Shown here piece by piece: positions 63,301-64,000 of a DNA stretch of 64,000 nucleotides (positions are counted from its first letter, which is position 1; each line of letters opens with the position of its first letter). The notes beneath the pieces are model-generated. The model did not search any database. It saw only the letters and a list, made by a program, of their open reading frames with translations, and was not told the origin of the DNA. This DNA is from Naegleria gruberi. Lineage: Eukaryota. The position numbers were made by a program, and so were the translations under genes. The stretch is from assembly GCA_000004985.1 (NCBI GenBank), contig GG738891.1; one strand, 5' to 3'.

Positions 63301-64000
63301 AAATTGCACTCTTATTAGATCCAAAAAATGGTTCCTGATTGGAAAAGGTAAAATCACATGGTTTCTCAATAATTTCTTGAGCTCTTTTTTCCATGGCTTG
63401 AACAATTTGATCACCTAAAGGGTTTGTATCGTGTGTGTAAGAAATTGATGCGTAAACTTCGTCATCTGCCAAAACAAATGGTTCTGGAGGTGTTGATACA
63501 TAGGCTGTCGATAAAATCATTGATGGAAGAGCAATACTTGCAGAAAGAATGTTATTTGGAGCAGAGTTTCTTCCAATTACAACAGGTCTTGTACTAATGA
63601 GCTTGTAACCTGCTAAAATATCAACTTCACACAAATTCCCTTCAAATCCAGAAGGACATTCACATGTTTGATAGTCTGAGCATTTACCAACTCCTGAACA
63701 AGTAAACCTTGAATTGGATACAACCCCTCCACAAGATGTTAATTCACACAATTCACCAAAATAATTATTAGAGATGCACGAGCATTGATTAGGGCCAATG
63801 CACGAACCTCTCGAATTACAAGCAGTACTATTGGTATTCTCTACCTCTCCACATTTGAAAAGCTCACATTCTTCTCCATAAGCACCAGTGGAGCAGAGAC
63901 AAGTATCTAACTGTGTGCAATTTCCTCTTGAAGAACAAACATTGCTCATATTGGAGAGTTTATCAAAACAGGTGCTAATTTCACATTCCATACCAGAATA
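45326..64000 (-). CDS. Giant (more than 6,221 aa, N-terminus beyond the window) intronless extracellular-repeat protein: about 150 tenascin/laminin-type EGF-like repeats, five copies of an unknown ~330-aa module, a REJ/PKD-like region and GPS-like motif, one TM, and a Cys-rich basic juxtamembrane segment plus acidic cytoplasmic tail
   Basis: There is a single 18,666-nt ORF from 45326 to 63991, still open at the window edge. The repeat unit is C.G.G.C….C.C…(Y/F).G..C(E/Q) of ~31 aa, iterated with frequent NxS/T sites. The module is 'AGYKLIS…IAIPSM…KGGVYCF…TI.GTEPVVFKAP…LECA(S/T)YRN.FW…'. Near the C-terminus are REJ-like (…EVWEWTC…) and GPS-like (…NPNCIVTIINSTMATCKCSVTFNMTNL…) sequences, then the TM LIGIIIAVVVGAMVLCCSVTIGCYAYYCF, then CCLAIPCLQFCCCCWWCCYCCGKSS…HRNRRRRA, then an acidic/Asn-rich tail ending …DLRLVFE*. 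Confidence 0.7.
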   Translation of the reverse strand, partial: YSGMECEISTCFDKLSNMSNVCSSRGNCTQLDTCLCSTGAYGEECELFKCGEVENTNSTACNSRGSCIGPNQCSCISNNYFGELCELTSCGGVVSNSRFTCSGVGKCSDYQTCECPSGFEGNLCEVDILAGYKLISTRPVVIGRNSAPNNILSASIALPSMILSTAYVSTPPEPFVLADDEVYASISYTHDTNPLGDQIVQAMEKRAQEIIEKPCDFTFSNQEPFFGSNKSAIFKHGGVYCFPNGLAIDSSYTFVVIGTEPVVIKTPFVYYYGATFYYLECASYRNFFWLTFDRGLNGNFFTGTIHGTVIGASPYYSLEVYHNVQGAIWYVGGTQLIVFDLVFSPPITFNPYDTYITAQCLSTYCFGVLSSEASVCGGRGLCVGLDACLCPSESYGHDCSISKCNGVLGNESNACSGNGQCISTDTCLCEYGNNGTWCQFRTCDGISNLSPNACNQRGSCEKFNNCSCDASFLYGGSNCDIPTCNGLVGYCTQPERGQCIDVNICNCTDNYYGEFCQSTTCFGLESNSTSVCSMRGSCSSFNYCECAQGYYGQECEIFNCFGLSLNNSKVCSGRGQCLDIDSCQCEEGYEGAMCEISYCNGISSNDSSVCSGRGSCHSTNSCLCELNYFGETCSETLCGGVLSNDTTVCNGNGICAMAENCTCFEGFEGFSCELTYCKGIISTNETVCNHRGNCVLLDYCNCSDTYFGNLCELTTCDGISSNDSLVCSGHGECTDFNNCSCMEGYYGKICQEYDCFGIGMASGLSCSKNGNCIDIDTCECNTNFYGNTCEVTTCNGVFSNVSSVCSSHGSCTSTDLCSCDSNYLGSLCEMTTCFGEVSNSSLACSGNGKCLDYDICECVTRYNGSNCELFIHDYFAGYKLISESKINVKINLQTNSPLMASIAIPSMNVSQGQYEYISNGNAIITNTSQPIGIELLRQMKEKVQELNLLRCNYYISNSLSFFANSMVIRKGGVYCFNSTLTVSSTKITIIGTETIVFKAPSIDYKNVSMIHLECSSFRNVYWFIGKSVNFTSRVVGPLYGTLVSSVDYLPISGLVEGQIWNLGMIELSNVKFTAPITFDPYDQIVGDFCNFTTCYNEKSNSNTTCSGKGVCVDIDTCKCLEGAFGLDCSLFLCNSTYSNTSSVCSTRGKCVGPDTCSCNANYYGTFCELTTCGGISSNSSDVCSGRGQCIKYENCSCNSNYGYGGSYCQVPICKGILATGSAVCSAHGSCISPSVCNCSDHYFGDLCQVTTCSEINSTNSTVCSSHGSCSAFEKCDCKTNYYGNNCQEFNCYGINRNSNTTCSGRGECLDYNNCKCRDGYYGNDCSISKCYGYLSNDVSHVCSGEGTCVDTDTCVCKPNYESFKCQFTTCFGINSTNTTVCNERGTCWPYNTCVCNPLKGYTGSECQIPVCYSKPATDSKVCSGRGNCTEPNTCHCKEHYYGVNCEVTTCNGTESNNTAVCSSHGTCTAFETCTCKSGYYDTICNKYDCNGVSSLLNSTCSSKGSCMAPNTCSCIPNYFGLNCQITICNGTYSDNSNVCSSHGKCTSPNSCLCNDHYYGDWCQLTTCNQTASNDSFVCNGHGACNLYETCSCQDEYDGIYCERFMYDMFAGYGLISDTPGVFEIEYSNNYYQPVVNSLTRYFGSSIIYGSMSSTGITLKSKGKATMTKSSISLSNVIIQKMKRKRTSLIAMACTQRFTSSSQIPKELVVRKSGVFCFDFTWTINSSQRIVIIGTELVIFKVQSLTITNANILLLECASHRNFFWIIGGSTVIEGGNKLTNYLPPILGTYIPNYSGSMTVIGPFDGQLWVTGSSTSILHEVSLAVPLTFDTHEKYIGDFCNYTSCYNVSSNLNSTCHGRGQCIDYNTCVCSEDAYGSDCSISKCDGIFSNISTVCSGRGICSAKDICECNAHYYGKFCELTTCNGVSSNSSLACRERGSCQVYNNCNCSSEFGYTGLDCEIPICNRTKASLSSVCNTHGSCIYPDVCNCSQRYHGQFCDLTTCGGIESNNSLTCSGFGKCIDYNNCTCKTGYSGSNCEIYKCFGILKNSTNVCSGKGVCSAIDTCKCYDGYYGTNCSIQKCFGIWSNSTQTCNGLGSCLATDTCSCKSNYFGPNCNQTTCASISSSNSSLVCGGHGTCWPFNNCTCADYSKFTGTWCNVSMCFGLNASNPNVCSRRGTCSNANTCTCSSSRYLGVNCELTTCFGLISNDSMVCSGHGYCTDYNTCSCRAGFSGTNCQNDLFAGYKLITNKKLNLVKNSRSNSYLLASIAIPLMVTEKYQFQYVSNGDAVIKNTTTSSGQILSQELTKKVTELIALPCTVNVTNPDLELTTSITIRGGMVYCLKQGWTINKMSLTIIGTEQVVFKAPYFNYIGSKVSYLECATYRNLLFLSTDANSNLTISGTVQGTMIANSNADLTVTGDIQGSLMIHSPNSKGNLNFKDVKLSAPITFNPQDSYYDGTFCSRVNCYGIVSTSNMTCSGRGKCVDFDTCICNSDSYGPQCSLSFCNGILSNVSNVCSGHGRCVAKDTCQCDFGHNGTFCEFTTCAGVSKYSPLVCNSSGICDYFDNCTCRTEMGFGGPNCDIPICNNLVGICTAPGRGACFAPNNCSCSQNYYGTFCQFTSCFGIENTNSSVCSGRGRCYAFDQCTCSAGFSGTLCENDIFAGYKLISNIPIVLVKNSLDNAPLSASIAIPSFVINPPNYVYPDPVYPYVANGSAIVTNSSENYGLELVQQVSNKMQELLALPCDYMIKNPDTDMGRNIIINRGGVYCMENGWTINGQKFTIVGIEPVVFKLPFVHYFGADFTYLKCATYRNVFWLTYYFSSGNANWVYNPAIHGNTFSGNVHGTVIARYGHDFIVSDNIQGAIWSTCTEGGYLILKQAKFSQPSTFDPLQPYVREDCNLFTCFDLLPNSPTVCSGNGNCTDFNTCSCRPDTFGVDCSVLYCNGTLGNETLVCNGHGKCTKTDVCSCEEGHYGEWCQFTTCNLIENTSPLVCNLRGLCENFNNCTCNETLGYGGSDCDIPICNGLIGKCTDVGRGNCSNPDVCSCIEPYYWGSFCELTSCYGVDSQHSQVCNGKGKCTAYDTCECSYGYFGFNCSEFSCFGVFNSNETCSKNGKCVDYNKCECNEFSFGLECELTYCNGTMSNDSRVCNSRGTCYGPNYCNCSQNYFGDWCELTTCDRVDSNNRSVCSGRGICSEYNRCECREGYFGSNCEFTTCDSISSNSSLVCNNFGKCVDMDVCECDLNYAGTFCDFTTCYGFGSNDQRVCSRHGSCDSYNNCNCDSKYGYTGLNCEIPYCNNITANDSLVCSKNGICTDFKVCNCSKHYFGEWCQFTTCSNIVSNSTIVCSGRGNCTQYNNCECEEGYYGSDCQEYDCFGFNRNSSSVCSSRGVCSDVNNCHCNNSQIYGTNCEFTLCNGIPSNDSLVCSGSGSCINPDICNCTANYFGPFCQLTTCENIVSNFTQVCSSHGLCSSFNNCTCKPGYSGITCSQFSCLGTLNLDSTVCSGRGNCSDIDSCICLPDAFGEDCSISKCNGTFGNLTSVCNSNGNCVAKDICNCTDGYYGEFCERTSCFGLDMTNNSVCSGKGDCSSYNHCNCSEGYYGENCQFHTCFGLNNSESLVCSGHGICSETDLCECDFNYFGLNCSVTICNSIFSNETITCSGRGECLSPNQCSCRDGYYGDYCQVTDCFSIPSNQSQLVCSGRGKCSDVNSCQCQPDAYGADCSLYKCNGTLSNESIVCSGRGNCIETDSCNCTENYFGQFCQVTVCFGVPSNVTDLTCSGNGVCSQFDTCQCFENSFGSDCSEFKCFDILNINSSVCHSRGECYSTNNCSCFLNYLGDECQLTSCNSTLSNETNVCSGKGNCTDFDFCECNEGYYGTNCELFNCNGIEHYNSSVCSSRGHCKSFENCECDEGYFGNDCQFYTCFNVNNTLESVCSSKGKCSSFDNCTCIDSYFGNNCELTTCNNIQSNESSVCSSKGTCIDYNTCNCTADYYGDSCENFNCFEISKFSNLSCSGRGKCLDVNTCECKENMFGSMCQVTSCNGILSNDSLVCTGYGACVDFDTCQCEMNYFGLSCEITTCNGIESYNSSVCSGFGKCTSFNNCACENDEYSGDECQYFSCHGISNVDFKVCSSRGKCSSFDNCTCEENYFGKNCELTTCSSVSSLNSTVCSSKGNCIDYNQCNCSLNYRGFNCEIFECFEYSNQNETACSSNGQCIDYNSCRCNDGYFGEECQYYTCNGINNTNSSVVCSQKGNCTSYNNCKCQAHYFGDYCQLTSCGAEISSSSRACSGKGKCIDYNTCSCKFGYFGDECQYYTCNNITQNDVLVCSGRGNCSDFGNCECQENYFGLACDVTSCFGIMSNDSTVCTKNGNCNDFNNCTCNTGYFGSNCEEFYCNGIEHLNSSVCSKHGKCLKSEICECENGYSGMDCENYACFGINHTETKSVCSGRGNCSKLDECFCLPNYFGEECQLTTCASIPSNQTNLVCSSHGQCIDFNLCQCEIDYFGSNCDEFSCFNESKTLNISCSGNGICVGPDTCHCSNNWWGDKCQVTSCEGLLSNDSRVCNGRGECKQHDTCECVEHYFGSFCQETTCDGISSSNSSVCSKHGSCETFNNCQCEYGYFGEFCELYTCFGFNSSDSNVCSGRGTCSSLDQCQCDENYMDLNCSITTCFSKLSNSSSVCSGRGECVDFDNCTCVSGYYGKECDNFSCFNVQHSEPLACSGHGQCVSPNNCSCEHGYHGEECESYVCFNVSSSNPQVCSGKGNCYRFNQCNCSEGYYGDNCQYYSCYGMNRTDSRVCSGHGSCTETDECECVSHYFGLDCSVTSCFGVLSNETQNVCSGRGECVDFDDCKCRSGYTGVECKEFSCFGIEKDNSTVCSGNGQCIDVNKCSCQLGTYGDLCNYFDCNGTEHADSKVCSGRGFCSSYNNCTCGEKYHGANCELTTCFNISSSEKETVCSGKGNCIDLDTCQCSDGYFGESCEQYSCFGLNNTNPLVCSNRGNCSSFDNCTCTSNHVGVNCELTRCDSLLSNDSNVCSGRGVCIDYNQCQCENGYYGIWCENEKVIAPTASINLLSEFYSSCDEIIIDGSLSISPNNTPLDYYWTLFNETDHVFQIIPFNFPNTPLIKLDSTLPQGKYLVSLVVGNIVNSSTVYSSIFSKAESPLPALYVPQTTIEKVTTQFPITIKKIVSESSCKSENSIIEWTQLSGPKIRYSMDKYSDLYVSLETFGYQIYKFQVSVYYPSNPNIKDVSVVTLITKPPDLYLNLITFDAQPNYTIINVDYTDPEMVYNAYSTEVWEWTCLDNNVNELLLEFLSVLSSEKSTNFKIDAALFPVPPLSLELDLKVTKSDGRSIHKSTTIHFTYIPPIINIINVYPKKEYFLVSDTLTLQTSLIPGTSLITNYTVIVNNVIVGSTSSDYINIDPSLLNAGSNNIITLSAYDPNANVASLIQYSFSVASPPPMCYCTITPLNGFAVETEFEFICMNCKSEEDHLDYRYGFIDDRSGVKIYMHNIDVGYSKQLPTAFIGETVTCFFEVINTATQASTIESMNVSIQTRSYSTFSQVQVLAQQWIKQAKEESLLGSLYQSAAISRTSTALLNRAITKIEPISIYENTRSLTRSLTCKNGGILKKDTCMCREGFVGVACENTIKDFAEYQNKNLQLLRMLANGTEIMMDNQLISIAAFTVDSILYNFKHLDTNTVSEALSQLVKYLVKVIADESLKLPVGVDFCLDSVIDSAFQFILEKRFFTKQASNAQQLFTTLKFTSHLEARSQPKTRTKVFKKAAFYRRVMELVWLYDYSNHQLLIEPSTLTSVKVQLNNTIKATHSSKPFLQAFLVVDDIFSIGDYLASKVETLSEKVRRKSSLQSKIIAFGFGDLDVALLKSSSIIDLEFHIPLLENTTTTQDDSNLGQLFFKEVNTSYSCASISISTLSIEDNPNCIVTIINSTMATCKCSVTFNMTNLVSSTLNLFIVQKKIYIDDQSMLIGIIIAVVVGAMVLCCSVTIGCYAYYCFYGELCCLAIPCLQFCCCCWWCCYCCGKSSILRHHRNRRRRALSMTTAIDVDVESDNGDDEKPHLHIEPFNPHPHPVVPIINLNNTINNTSTTTIIYNEDHPIVEGETIYLPPTPRETPSTRGEEDTHSNHSNNITISHDNDDGDDHNSEGAVTVVRGGKGVGRGGGDDDDGNSTTNSRHSFISVLSNFSSESVRKLFRKKKKEEEIPSAVQIDLRLVFE

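Noticed and set aside
1-64000. Prokaryotic feature classes (CRISPR arrays, operons, RBS, rho-independent terminators, defence islands)
   Set aside because: The sequence is clearly eukaryotic nuclear DNA (spliceosomal introns, Pol III tRNA genes with oligo-T terminators, G-alpha, PARP, F-box). No direct-repeat/spacer arrays were seen.

Overview
This is an AT-rich (about 68-70% AT) eukaryotic nuclear scaffold, not a prokaryotic locus. Poly-Asn/Gln coding tracts, an oligo-A run immediately before start codons, a G-alpha gene with an MGNCFG N-terminus and very short spliceosomal introns (38-121 nt, GTAAGT/GTATGT...AG) point to a dictyostelid-like amoebozoan. The ORF track is only a guide: many of its 'M' starts are TTG/GTG codons, and most genes here are split by short introns that I resolved by hand from donor/acceptor motifs and frame continuity. 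I can support about 30 protein-coding genes (roughly one every 2 kb on both strands, with some convergent stop codons overlapping). I also support two Pol III tRNA genes (one with an intron), a candidate Pol III ncRNA, a putative TIR DNA-transposon-like element, and four scaffold gaps of N (22087-22137, 30349-30388, 33977-34026, 37310-38244) plus two single ambiguous bases. The most notable items are: (a) one continuous three-exon reading frame that fuses a prolyl-4-hydroxylase domain, an F-box and a divergent actin-related domain; (b) a two-TM receptor-type class-III cyclase homolog whose catalytic residues look degenerate; (c) a giant intronless gene of more than 6,200 codons with about 150 EGF-like repeats, five copies of an unknown ~330-aa module and a REJ/GPS-like region before a single TM; (d) a TIR element with TGACG-rich subterminal repeats; (e) a ~2 kb inverted duplication with 100%-identical blocks next to gaps, carrying PARP gene fragments; (f) a RING-BTB-pentapeptide gene that reads through a TAA into a TLDc domain; and (g) a conserved motif CATTATTCGAAACTCAA directly upstream of several start codons. 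All domain calls come from motif recognition by eye; no database search was possible.
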